From positions 576,001 to 640,000 of the forward strand of contig CAVTHO010000005.1 in NCBI GenBank assembly GCA_963734545.1: 64,000 bases of DNA. The letters are read 5' to 3'. Positions 1 through 9,160 of this stretch are shown here, piece after piece; positions within the stretch are counted from its first letter, which is position 1; every line of letters starts with the position of its first letter. The notes under the pieces are model-generated. The model saw only the letters and a program-made list of their open reading frames with translations, was not told the DNA's origin and searched no databases. Source of the stretch: an uncultured Spirochaetota bacterium. GTDB lineage: Bacteria > Spirochaetota > Spirochaetia > SZUA-6 > Fen-1364. A program made the position numbers and the translations under genes.

Positions 1-494
1 CGCGGCCGTCCCTGGGAATAGATAAAAGCCCATCCCCGGGCGAACGTCATCATGCCCAGCGTTGCAATGAAGGGCGGGATCTTGAGCTTGGAAATCATGG
101 CGCCATTGAGGAATCCGATTGCGAGCCCGAGCCCGAGCCCGATCAACAGTACAATGCCGACCGGCCAGGGGCTCCCGCCCTTGAAGAGACGGTCCATGGC
201 GTCCGCGCTCTGAAGCAGGCTTGCCACCGCCACCGATACGATGGCAACAATGGCGCCCGAGGAGAGATCGATCCCGGCCGTGATGATGCACATCGTAACG
301 CCCAGGGCGATGATCCCGATCACGCTGATCTGCCGCAGGACATTCAGCAGGTTGTTGATCCGCAGGGACACCCCGCCGGAGAGGATGGCGATGATGATGA
401 TGAGCCCGACAAGGATCAGCAGGATGCTGTACTTGCTCATGAACGCCAGGACCGGGGATTCCCTTCTGGTCGAGACCTTTTCGGCTTCAATCAC
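1..494 (-). CDS. Sugar (inositol) ABC transporter permease, RbsC family; runs off the left edge of the window
   Basis: Read manually on the minus strand (not in the ORF track): GGAGG RBS, GTG at 494, then IEAEKVSTRRESPVLAFMSKYSILLILVGLIIIIAILSGG..LNVLRQISVIGIIALGVTMCIITAGIDLSSG, the RbsC GIDLS motif. Confidence 0.88.
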   Translation of the reverse strand, partial: MIEAEKVSTRRESPVLAFMSKYSILLILVGLIIIIAILSGGVSLRINNLLNVLRQISVIGIIALGVTMCIITAGIDLSSGAIVAIVSVAVASLLQSADAMDRLFKGGSPWPVGIVLLIGLGLGLAIGFLNGAMISKLKIPPFIATLGMMTFARGWAFIYSQGRP

Positions 495-515
495 GGCTGT
501 CCTCCAGGGCACGCG

Positions 516-2036
516 TTAGTAGTAGTGAACTTCCTTGAACGTGCTGAGCGGCTCGCCCGTGGCCATGTGCAGGATCTTCTCCTGCGTCGCCTCGGCGCGG
601 CCGATCTCCCCGACTTTCCGTCCCTCGTGCATCACCATGATCCGGTCCGACATGGCGAGAATCTCCGGCATCTCGGAGGAGATCAGGATGATCGCCTTGC
701 CTTCCTTCGCAAGGCTGGACATGATCTTGTAGATCTCGCTCTTCGTGGCCACGTCGATCCCGCGCGTGGGCTCGTCCATGATCAGCAGGGCGGGGACCGT
801 GGCGAGCCACCGCGAGACGAGGACCTTCTGCTGGTTGCCTCCGCTGAGGAACATGACGAGCTGCTCGAGGTTGGGAGTCTTGATCCGCAGGGAGCCCACC
901 GCGTCGTTGCAGAGCTTGCGCAGCGCGCGGTGGTTGATGAAGAGCGCGTTCAGGTTGTTGCGCAGGCTCGGCATGATGATGTTGTCCCGCACCGACAGGT
1001 TCAGGTACAGACCGCTCCTTTTCCTGTCTTCCGTAAGGAAGGCGATCCCGTGCCTGATGGCGTCGTAGGGGCTTTCGATCTTCACGCTCTTTCCGCGGAC
1101 TTTTACCACGCCCGCCTGCTTCGGCGTGACGCCGAAGAGCGCCTCCATCACCTCGGTTCTTCCGGCCCCGATAAGACCCGCAACGCCGAAGATCTCCCCT
1201 TCCCGGACGGAGAAGCTGATATCCCTGAAATAGCCGTGGCGCGTCAGACCCTCCACCTCGAGAACAGGCGCACCAAAGGTCGCATTCTCCTTCTGGAAGA
1301 ACTGGTCGATCGTGCGGCCCACCATCATCTTGATCAGCTTCTCACGGGTCAGGTTGACGCTGTCCTCGCGGCCGACGAACTCGCCGTCCCGGTACACGCT
1401 CACCTCGTCAGTGATCGCAAAGACTTCATCCATCTTGTGGGTGATGTAGATCACGGCGACCCCGCGTTCCTTCAGGCTCTTGATGATGGAGAACAGGTGC
1501 GCTACCTCCTGCTCCGTGAGCGCAGAGGTGGGTTCGTCCATGATGATCAGATCTGCCTTGCGCGAGACCGCCTCCGCGATTTCCACGAGCTGCATCTGGG
1601 CCACGCTCAGCTTGCCCATGATCTGGCGCGGCGTGAGGTTGATGCGAAGCTCCTTGAGCATCTCCGCTGCCGCCGTGTCGATGGCCCGGTGGTCGATGAG
1701 GCCCAGCCTGTTCTTCATTTCCCGGCCGAGAAAGATGTTCTGCGCCACGGTCATGTAGGGAAGCGGGCTCATCTCCTGATGGATCATGGAGATGCCCTGT
1801 GTGAGCGCTTCGTGCACGTTTTCGAAACTGACCTTGTTGCCCCTGAGGGTGATGGATCCCGCATCGGGCCGGTACAGCCCGATTGCGATTTTCATGAGGG
1901 TGGACTTCCCGGCGCCGTTCTCACCCATGACCCCATGCACGGTCCCCGGGCGCACGGAGAGCCCGACACCCCTCAAGGCATGGACGCCGGGAAAGCTCTT
2001 GTGGATGCCCTGCATTTCCAGGATAAACTCACTCAC
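516..2036 (-). CDS. Sugar ABC transporter ATP-binding protein (RbsA/MglA type, two ABC domains)
   Basis: Walker A GENGAGKST, MDEPT twice, LSGGNQQKV signature, 506 aa. Confidence 0.95.
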   Translation of the reverse strand: MSEFILEMQGIHKSFPGVHALRGVGLSVRPGTVHGVMGENGAGKSTLMKIAIGLYRPDAGSITLRGNKVSFENVHEALTQGISMIHQEMSPLPYMTVAQNIFLGREMKNRLGLIDHRAIDTAAAEMLKELRINLTPRQIMGKLSVAQMQLVEIAEAVSRKADLIIMDEPTSALTEQEVAHLFSIIKSLKERGVAVIYITHKMDEVFAITDEVSVYRDGEFVGREDSVNLTREKLIKMMVGRTIDQFFQKENATFGAPVLEVEGLTRHGYFRDISFSVREGEIFGVAGLIGAGRTEVMEALFGVTPKQAGVVKVRGKSVKIESPYDAIRHGIAFLTEDRKRSGLYLNLSVRDNIIMPSLRNNLNALFINHRALRKLCNDAVGSLRIKTPNLEQLVMFLSGGNQQKVLVSRWLATVPALLIMDEPTRGIDVATKSEIYKIMSSLAKEGKAIILISSEMPEILAMSDRIMVMHEGRKVGEIGRAEATQEKILHMATGEPLSTFKEVHYY

Positions 2037-2075
2037 GGTCCCATCCGCTCCCTGGTGGCCCCACGCGGGGGAAGT

Positions 2076-2104
2076 GCGGGGCCGGGCGGCTTGCCCGGCC
2101 CTGC
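2076..2104 (-). other. GC-rich stem-loop between the binding-protein and ATPase genes (probable mRNA-stabilising hairpin)
   Basis: GCGGGGCCGGGC-GGCTT-GCCCGGCCCTGC, 12-bp stem with one mismatch, no U-tract. Confidence 0.5.
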
Positions 2105-2116
2105 GGCGATCATAGC

Positions 2117-3037
2117 TTACTTCATGTACTTCTTGTAGTTGTCGAAGCTGACCGGCTCGAACGGAATTGCCGTGAATACCGGCACGCTCTGCTTGTTGAG
2201 CAGCTTGAGAGCGGTCTGCACGGCGCCCCTGCCCTGGGCCCCGCCGTTCTGGAACACGGTCATGTCCAGCCTCTTGTCGGCAATGTACTTCAAGGCATCC
2301 GAGGTTGCGTCAACCCCGGTCACGATCACCTTGTTCTTCATCTTTTTCTCTTCCAGCACGATCACGGCGCCGATGGCCATCTCGTCGTTGTTGGCGATGA
2401 TCGCATCGATTTTTTCGCCGCTGGCCAGCCAGTTCTCGACCACCGTGACCGCCTGAGCTCTGCCGAAGTCCGCCGTCTGCTCGCGGACGACCTTCATGCC
2501 TGGGTACTTGGCGATGACATCCTTGCTGCCCTGGGTCCGCCCGATCTGCGGGGCGGATCCCATCGAACCCATCAGGATGGCGACGTTGCCCTTTCCGCCG
2601 AGCTTCTTTGCCACGAATTCGGCTTCGAGGTTCCCTGCCACCACTTCGGGAGATGCGACGGCGACGACCTTGCCCGCGGAAAGCGCGGCGTCCTCAGGCT
2701 TGCGGTTGAAATAGACGAGCGGGATCTTGGCATCGAGGCAGAGCTTCGTGATCCGTGGGGCGATGGTCTGGTCGATGACGTGGATGAGAATCGCATCCAC
2801 GCCCTGCGTGATGAAGTTCTCGACCTGCTTGATCTGCTCGTTCGGATCACGTTTGCCGTCCGCGGCGATGATGTCGATGTTGCTCTTCTTCGCCTCGTCG
2901 GTGAGCTGGTCGAGCGCGTAGCGCATGAACACGTCGTTGAAATCCTCGATGGTCACACCCATCTTGAGCTTGCCGGCGGAGAACACCGTCGGCGCGATCA
3001 TGAGCGCGACCATGGCAATGAGAAGAAACTTCCTCAT
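2117..3037 (-). CDS. Sugar ABC transporter substrate-binding protein (RbsB-like, probably inositol)
   Basis: Signal peptide MRKFLLIAMVALMIAPTVFSAG; ANNDEMAIGA and GVDAT periplasmic-binding type I motifs; iol context. Confidence 0.9.
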   Translation of the reverse strand: MRKFLLIAMVALMIAPTVFSAGKLKMGVTIEDFNDVFMRYALDQLTDEAKKSNIDIIAADGKRDPNEQIKQVENFITQGVDAILIHVIDQTIAPRITKLCLDAKIPLVYFNRKPEDAALSAGKVVAVASPEVVAGNLEAEFVAKKLGGKGNVAILMGSMGSAPQIGRTQGSKDVIAKYPGMKVVREQTADFGRAQAVTVVENWLASGEKIDAIIANNDEMAIGAVIVLEEKKMKNKVIVTGVDATSDALKYIADKRLDMTVFQNGGAQGRGAVQTALKLLNKQSVPVFTAIPFEPVSFDNYKKYMK

Positions 3038-3071
3038 ACGGACCTCCTCTGAGAGATATTAGGCGCTTGCA

Positions 3072-3087
3072 ATGCAAACGCTTGCAT
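3072..3087. promoter_or_regulatory. LacI-family operator upstream of the ABC transporter operon
   Basis: ATGCAAACGCTTGCAT near-perfect palindrome with central CG; matches the site at 10207-10220. Confidence 0.75.
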
Positions 3088-3168
3088 ACGAAGGGAAAAA
3101 AATAGAAAAACCCTCATTCCAACCTCCGAATTTCGCTCCCCATCAAACGGTTGTCAAGTGGATTCTCC

Positions 3169-4257
3169 TCACTTGTCAGGATCCGGGATCATCTGGTCCC
3201 GGATGAGCGCCACGAGATCGTCGACAGCCTTGCTGAACTGCCGCAACGTCCTGCGTGTTGCCCCGAATCCGTCGAACTCCTCCGTCGTCATGCCTGTCTC
3301 CGAGTATGCGCGTCGAAAATCCTCGAACTTCCGCTCCAGCTCTTCCAGGATCCGCCCGTCCACCGGGGTGTCCATTCGTGATTCCACCGTCACGTCGGAA
3401 GCATTGAACCTGTTCTGCCATTCGAACGGGGGGGAAATCACGACGTCACCGCCTATGAACTCACTCCAGTGCAGGTGATTGCGGAATGCGGCGGACAGGA
3501 GGCGCAGCCGGTAGCCTCGTTTCCTGTAGAGCTGATACGCCTTCTTCATCACCGCGACTCCTGCCCAGTCGAATACACGCGGGTCCGCGATGATGCCCTG
3601 CTTTTCCGCCGTCACCCTCAGCCAGTCATCGAGGCGCCCCACCATGAGCGTGCAGACCGGCCCCATCCTGCTGATGTCCTTCTTCTCTTTCTCCCGCTGG
3701 GACAGGCCGCGTTCAACCGCTTCCGCCACGGCGATTGCCTGGGGGAGGGTGAAGCTCACCGTCGCGTTGATGCTGATGCCGCGGCGCGTGGCCTCCTCGA
3801 TGGCCTCCATGCCCGCGCGCGTGGCAGGGATCTTCACGATCATGTTGGGCGCCAGGGCGTCGAAACGGACTGCCTGCTCCACGATGCCGCGCGCGTCGCG
3901 GTAGAGACAGGGGTCGGTCTGGATGGACAGCCGGCCGTTCTTCCCGTTTTCCCTGTCGGAGACCGGCTTCAGGAGCTCGGCGGCCTTGACCGACATCTCC
4001 TCCACCACGCGCCAGGCCACCTGGTCGTCCGCCGCGGCGGGCATTTCCCGAATGATCTGGGCGATCCGGTCCTTCCAGAGGCCCCACTCCTTCTTCAACA
4101 CGGTGAGCACGATCACCGGGTTGCAGGTGGCCCCCGCCGCCCCGTTCACCTCGATGGACGTCCCGAGCTCCTGCAGTGAGCAGGAGTCATTCCACAGCAC
4201 GCTCGGGGTGGTCCGGGTCATTTCGCGCAGCCGGCTCTCCGTCTTTTCAGCTTTCAT
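3169..4257 (-). CDS. Transaldolase-family protein in the iol operon
   Basis: LWNDS, GATCNPVIV, NMIVKIPAT (Schiff-base Lys), INATVSFT, MVGRLDD motifs; 9 nt downstream of iolE. Confidence 0.85.
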   Translation of the reverse strand: MKAEKTESRLREMTRTTPSVLWNDSCSLQELGTSIEVNGAAGATCNPVIVLTVLKKEWGLWKDRIAQIIREMPAAADDQVAWRVVEEMSVKAAELLKPVSDRENGKNGRLSIQTDPCLYRDARGIVEQAVRFDALAPNMIVKIPATRAGMEAIEEATRRGISINATVSFTLPQAIAVAEAVERGLSQREKEKKDISRMGPVCTLMVGRLDDWLRVTAEKQGIIADPRVFDWAGVAVMKKAYQLYRKRGYRLRLLSAAFRNHLHWSEFIGGDVVISPPFEWQNRFNASDVTVESRMDTPVDGRILEELERKFEDFRRAYSETGMTTEEFDGFGATRRTLRQFSKAVDDLVALIRDQMIPDPDK

Positions 4258-4266
4258 GTCATCCCC

Positions 4267-5160
4267 TCACAATCCCGTCTTTTCCCGAATGAAGCTGCGC
4301 GCTTTCAGCGCATACTCGAAAGGGTTGGCCCGCGCGGGATCCTGCTCGGCCTCCACCACGTACCAACCGCTGTAGCCGCTCGCCTCCAGGCCGCGGAATA
4401 CCGGCTCGAACCTGATCCCTCCGTCTCCGGGCACGGTGAAGACCCCTGCCTGCACGGCCTGAAGGAAGCTCATGCGCTCGCTTTTCACGCGCGCCAGCAC
4501 CTCCGGGCGGACGTCCTTGAGGTGCACGTGGCGGATGCGTGCCGCGTGCCGATTCAGGACAGCCGTGCAGTCTTCACCGGAAAAGGCGAGGTGACCCGTG
4601 TCGTACAACAGGGACAGCCGGGCGGGATCCGTCATGTCCATCAGGCGGTCGATCTCCGCGGCGGTCTGCACGCCCGTCCCCATGTGATGATGGTAGGTGA
4701 GCGTGATGCCCTTCTCCCGGGCCCGTGCGCCCAGGGCGTTCAGCCCTTCGGCGAGGCGTTTCCATTCCTCGTCGGTGAATTGCGGCTTCTCCTCGAAGAT
4801 GGGAGCATCCTGCTTGCCCTGAATCGAGTGTCCCTGTTCCGCTGCCCCGATGATCCGCGCGCCCACGGCGAAGAGGAAATCGCGGTGCGCGACAAAAGCC
4901 TTCTCCACTTCCTCGTAGGGCCGGGTCGTGAGGAACGAGCTGAACCACGCATTGCAGATCGTGAGGCCGCGAAGGTCCAGGTATCTTTTCAGCACCTGCG
5001 GGTCACGGGGGTACTTGTTTCCCACCTCGCTGCCCTCGTAGCCCGCCAGAGCCATCTCGGAAATGCACTGTTCGAAGGTATTGCCCCCCCCGAGCTCCGG
5101 GAGGTCGTCGTTGGTCCAGGCAATCGGCGCGATGCCCAGGCGCACCCTTTTCTCTTTCAT
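4267..5160 (-). CDS. iolE: myo-inosose-2 dehydratase
   Basis: [42 protein letters not shown] motifs. Confidence 0.95.
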   Translation of the reverse strand: MKEKRVRLGIAPIAWTNDDLPELGGGNTFEQCISEMALAGYEGSEVGNKYPRDPQVLKRYLDLRGLTICNAWFSSFLTTRPYEEVEKAFVAHRDFLFAVGARIIGAAEQGHSIQGKQDAPIFEEKPQFTDEEWKRLAEGLNALGARAREKGITLTYHHHMGTGVQTAAEIDRLMDMTDPARLSLLYDTGHLAFSGEDCTAVLNRHAARIRHVHLKDVRPEVLARVKSERMSFLQAVQAGVFTVPGDGGIRFEPVFRGLEASGYSGWYVVEAEQDPARANPFEYALKARSFIREKTGL

Positions 5161-5169
5161 TCCTTCCTC

Positions 5170-7035
5170 CTAGAACTTCCGCGCCGATTCGACTTCCCGG
5201 GTGATCTTCCTGGCCGCCGCCTCCACCTTCGGGTTTTCCGAAACCTGCGCGGTCCCCACGCGCCACCAGGATTCGTAGTCATGCGTCATGGATTTCGGGG
5301 TCACCTTCGCGTCGATCACCGTGGAGAGGGTGCCGGCAAGCGCGCTCTTCACCGCGGCGCGGAACTGGTCCATGGTCGTGACGGAATGCCCGCGCGCCCC
5401 GTAGCTCTCGCCGTTCTTGGCGAAGTCCAGGCTGATCAGGGGGCCGGTCAATCTGCCCGTGCCGGGGTCGCGCCGGCGAAGGTCGTTGCCGAACTTCGTG
5501 ATTCCCTGGCTGGTCTGCAGGTTGTCGATGCATTGGTAGCCCGCGTTGTCGAAGACCACGATGGTGATCTTGATGCCCTCCTGGATTGCAGTGAGCAGCT
5601 CCGAGTGCAGCATCACGTAAGAGCCGTCCCCCACGAGCGCAAAGACCTCGCGGTGGGGCTCCGCCATTTTGGCGCCGACTGCCGCCGCGATCTCGTAGCC
5701 CATGCAGGAGAACCCGTATTCCATGTGGTAGGAGCCCGGGACCCGCGCGCGCCACACCCGCTGCAGGTCTCCGGGGATGCTTCCCGAGGCGCCGACGACA
5801 ATGGCATCACGGGGCAGGAGCTTCTCATTGAGCTCGCCCAGGAGACGGACCTGGGAGAGTCCTGCGGGGTCCTCTTCCGTGTACAGGCGGTCTTCCTCTT
5901 TCCTCCACTCGGCGCGCGCCAGCCTTATTTCATCAGCCCAGCCGGATTTCCAGCCCGCCCCACGAAGCGCGGCGGTGAGCGCCTTCAACGTCTCACGCGC
6001 GTCCGCACGCACCGCGAGGGCGTTCATCTTTGCCGCATCGAAGGAGTTCACGTTGATGCCGAGGACCGCGGCGCGAGGATTGCGGAAGAGGTTGCGCGAG
6101 CCGGAAGTGAAGTCCCCCAGCCGCGTGCCCACCGCGATGACGAGGTCAGCGTCATGGGCAATCCTGTTGGCAGCCAGGCCGCCGGTGACCCCGATGCCGC
6201 CAAGGTTGAGCGGATCATCCCAGGGAAGAACGCCCTTGCCCGCCTGTGTTTCGCCGACGGGGATCCCGAATGCCGCGCAGAACTCCGCCAGCGCCTGTGC
6301 CGCCTCCGAGTAGCGGGCGCCGCCGCCGCAGATCAGGATCGGACGCGCGCGGGACCGTATCAAAGCAACGGCCCGTTCGATCTCCCCCGCGGTCGGCGCG
6401 CGTCTCTCCACGTGATGCACCCGCTTTTCGAGGAACTCTTCCGGATACTCGTATGGCTCTCCCTGCACGTCTTGAGGAAGGGCAAGGGTCACCGCGCCCG
6501 TCTCCGCCGGGTCCGTCAGCACGCGCATGGCATTGATGCAGGCGGCCATGAGCTGCTCGGGACGGTTGATCCTGTCCCAGTAGCGGCTGACCGCGCGGAA
6601 TGCGTCGTTTGCCGTCGCCGTGTAGTCGTCCCAGCGCTCCACCTGCTGCAGCACGGGATCGGGCTGCCGGCAGGCAAAAACGTCTCCCGGAAGCAGAAGG
6701 ACGGGGATGCGGTTCACCGAGGCCACGCCTGCCGCCGTGACCATGTTCAGTGCGCCCGGGCCTATCGAGCTCGTCACGGCAAGGATCTGCCTCCGGTTGA
6801 GCTGCTTCGCGTAGCCCACCGCCATGTGGGCCGCGCCCTGTTCGTTGTGGCCCTGGAAGTACGTGAGGCCGTGCTTTCCCTCGGCAAGCGCCTCGCCGAG
6901 CCCGACCACGTTTCCGTGGCCGAAGATGCCGCACACGCCCCGCACGAACTTGATCTCCACGCCGTCGAACTCTGCGTACTGCGCGTCCAGGAACTGCAGG
7001 AGAGCCTGCGCCATTGTCAGCCGGACTGTCTTCAT
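5170..7035 (-). CDS. iolD: 3D-(3,5/4)-trihydroxycyclohexane-1,2-dione acylhydrolase (ThDP)
   Basis: MKTVRLTMAQAL, GIFGHGNV, SSIGPGA, PDPVLQQ, EYGFSCMGYE, GDGSY motifs. Confidence 0.96.
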   Translation of the reverse strand: MKTVRLTMAQALLQFLDAQYAEFDGVEIKFVRGVCGIFGHGNVVGLGEALAEGKHGLTYFQGHNEQGAAHMAVGYAKQLNRRQILAVTSSIGPGALNMVTAAGVASVNRIPVLLLPGDVFACRQPDPVLQQVERWDDYTATANDAFRAVSRYWDRINRPEQLMAACINAMRVLTDPAETGAVTLALPQDVQGEPYEYPEEFLEKRVHHVERRAPTAGEIERAVALIRSRARPILICGGGARYSEAAQALAEFCAAFGIPVGETQAGKGVLPWDDPLNLGGIGVTGGLAANRIAHDADLVIAVGTRLGDFTSGSRNLFRNPRAAVLGINVNSFDAAKMNALAVRADARETLKALTAALRGAGWKSGWADEIRLARAEWRKEEDRLYTEEDPAGLSQVRLLGELNEKLLPRDAIVVGASGSIPGDLQRVWRARVPGSYHMEYGFSCMGYEIAAAVGAKMAEPHREVFALVGDGSYVMLHSELLTAIQEGIKITIVVFDNAGYQCIDNLQTSQGITKFGNDLRRRDPGTGRLTGPLISLDFAKNGESYGARGHSVTTMDQFRAAVKSALAGTLSTVIDAKVTPKSMTHDYESWWRVGTAQVSENPKVEAAARKITREVESARKF

Positions 7036-8039
7036 ACGTCCACCTCCGCGATTTTGACCGCGCGGCCTTCCGCGAGCGACTTCTTCGCGGCAAATCCCAT
7101 CAGGAGCGGCTTCAAGCCGTCGATGTCGCCGACAGGGCTCGGTTTCCCGTCGATCACGGTGTCGAAGAACGCGTTCATCTCGTCGACAAAGGCCTGGCGG
7201 TAGCGCTCGAGGAAGAAGTACAGCGGCTTGTCGGACGCCACGCCCGCCTCGTTGGAGAGAGTGACGGAGGAAGGGGTGTCGTTCCCGCAGGCCAGGGCCC
7301 CCTTGGAGCCGAATACTTCGACCCGCTGATCGTAGCCGTAGGTGGCCCTGCGGGAGTTGTCGATGACGCCGATGCAGCCGTTCTGGAAAGCGAGGGTCAC
7401 GACGGCCGTGTCGACGTCTCCCGCCTTTCCGATGGCCGGGTCCACGAGCACGGCCCCCCGGGCGTACACCTCGACGGCGTCGGAGCCCGAGAGATAGCGG
7501 GCCATGTCGAAATCGTGGATGGTCATGTCCAGGAAGATGCCGCCGGAGACCTTCACGTACTCGGGAGGCGGAGGGGCGGGATCGCGCGAGGTGATGCGGA
7601 CAATGTGCGGATCGCCGACGACCCCCTGCCGGACCTGGTCCCTGATCCGCCTGAAATTGTGATCGAACCTGCGATTGAAGCCCACCTGCAGCGTCACGTG
7701 CGCCTTTTGGGCGGCGGCCAGGGCCTTCTTCACCTTGGCCACGGTGAGGTCCACCGGCTTCTCGCAGAAGATGTGCTTCCCCTTTTCCGCCGCGGCCATC
7801 ACGATGTCGGCGTGCGTGTCGGTCGAGCTGCAGATGAGCACCGCGCCGATCTCGGGATCCGCGAGCACGTCGCGGAAATCCGCGCTCACCTGCCTTATAC
7901 CCAGTCCCGAGGCCCAGTCACGCACCTTGTCCGCCGCGACATCGGCGATCCGCGCGATGGTGACCCGTGGAATACTGTGCGCGATGTTTTCCGCGTGGAT
8001 CCTTCCGATTCTCCCCGCTCCGATCAGCCCCACCTTCAT
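7032..8039 (-). CDS. iolG: Inositol 2-dehydrogenase
   Basis: GAGRIG, CEKP, GFNRRFD, ITSRDP, DMTIHDFD, YGYDQRVEV. Confidence 0.92.
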   Translation of the reverse strand: MKVGLIGAGRIGRIHAENIAHSIPRVTIARIADVAADKVRDWASGLGIRQVSADFRDVLADPEIGAVLICSSTDTHADIVMAAAEKGKHIFCEKPVDLTVAKVKKALAAAQKAHVTLQVGFNRRFDHNFRRIRDQVRQGVVGDPHIVRITSRDPAPPPPEYVKVSGGIFLDMTIHDFDMARYLSGSDAVEVYARGAVLVDPAIGKAGDVDTAVVTLAFQNGCIGVIDNSRRATYGYDQRVEVFGSKGALACGNDTPSSVTLSNEAGVASDKPLYFFLERYRQAFVDEMNAFFDTVIDGKPSPVGDIDGLKPLLMGFAAKKSLAEGRAVKIAEVDV

Positions 8040-8048
8040 ACGTCCCTC

Positions 8049-9063
8049 CTACAACCGGATGATCTGTTCTTCCCGGAATGACCGGGTCGCGGCGAACGCG
8101 AGCTTCGTGGCCATGGTGCCGTCATGCACGCCCGCCTGCGGCGCGCGGGTTTCCCGAATACAGTCGACGAACTCCTGGACCTCGGCGAGGTAAGCGGACT
8201 CGAAGCGTTCCAGGAAGCTCTGCGAGCACTCGCGGACCACGCCGCGCGCGTCCAGCAGCTCGACAAAGTCCCTCTGCGGCACGCTGGCGATCCTGAGCGA
8301 GGCCTTTGTGCCGATGATCTCCGTCTCCACCGCGTATCCGTGCGCCGCCGTCCTCCCGGCCAGGAAGAAGGCCATGGCACCGTTGTCAAAGCGCACCAGG
8401 GCGGCGAGGTTGTCACCGTCGCCGTACGCGGCGAACTCCGGGTGCGCATAGCAGCCGCCCGTGGCGTAGACGGTTTGCGCCTCTCCGCCGAGCATCCAGC
8501 GCGCCAGGTCGATGTCGTGCACGGACATGTCGAGGAATTGTCCGCCCGAGGACGGCGCGAATCGTATGGCGCCCTCGATGGCGGACTCCGGATCGACCGA
8601 GTAGCCGCGAAAGAGGATCGGCCGGCCGATGTATCCCTCGTCGATCAGTTTCTTCGCGCGGCGGTAGGAAGGATCGAACCGGCGCATGAAGCCGAGCATG
8701 AAGGTCCTGTCCGGGTGACGCGCAACCGCGCTTTCCGCCTGGACGCACTCTTCCAGGGTCACGCCAAGAGGCTTTTCGCAGAAGACGTGAAGACCCGCCT
8801 CCAGCGCCTGCTCGATCTGCCCGGCAGTGGACCGCGGAGCTCGAAGCGATAAGAACCGCGTCCAGCTCCTCGTCCTCCCGCATGCGCGCGAAATCCGCAT
8901 ACCCGCGCGGCACCGCCCACTCGCGCCGGGCTCTCTCCACGCGCTCCGTCTCGAGCGCGCACACGGCACTCAGCTCCGCACCGTTGACGCGGAAAGCGAT
9001 GTTCTCCGCATGCCGCATCCCGAGTCTTCCCAGGCCGACCACACCGATGCGCACCTTCTGCAA
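8049..9063 (-). CDS. Gfo/Idh/MocA inositol dehydrogenase paralogue; frameshift near 8822
   Basis: N-terminus in ORF 8413..9063 (GLGRLG..VLIASSSAVHC) continues in ORF 8049..8969 (QIEQALEAGLHVFCEKP, GFMRRFD, DMSVHDID). Confidence 0.88.
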
Positions 9064-9160
9064 CGCCGCTCCTCCTTGCGCGGTCTATCCCGCACCGCCC
9101 GAAGGGCGGTTTCCACGCGCGGGCCCTACTGTCTTTTGCTTGCCATCGCCCTTCACGCTC

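Noticed and set aside
9094-9110. Hairpin ACCGCCC-GAA-GGGCGGT between lacI and the first dehydrogenase as a terminator
   Set aside because: No U-tract on the coding (minus) strand, so termination is unsupported.
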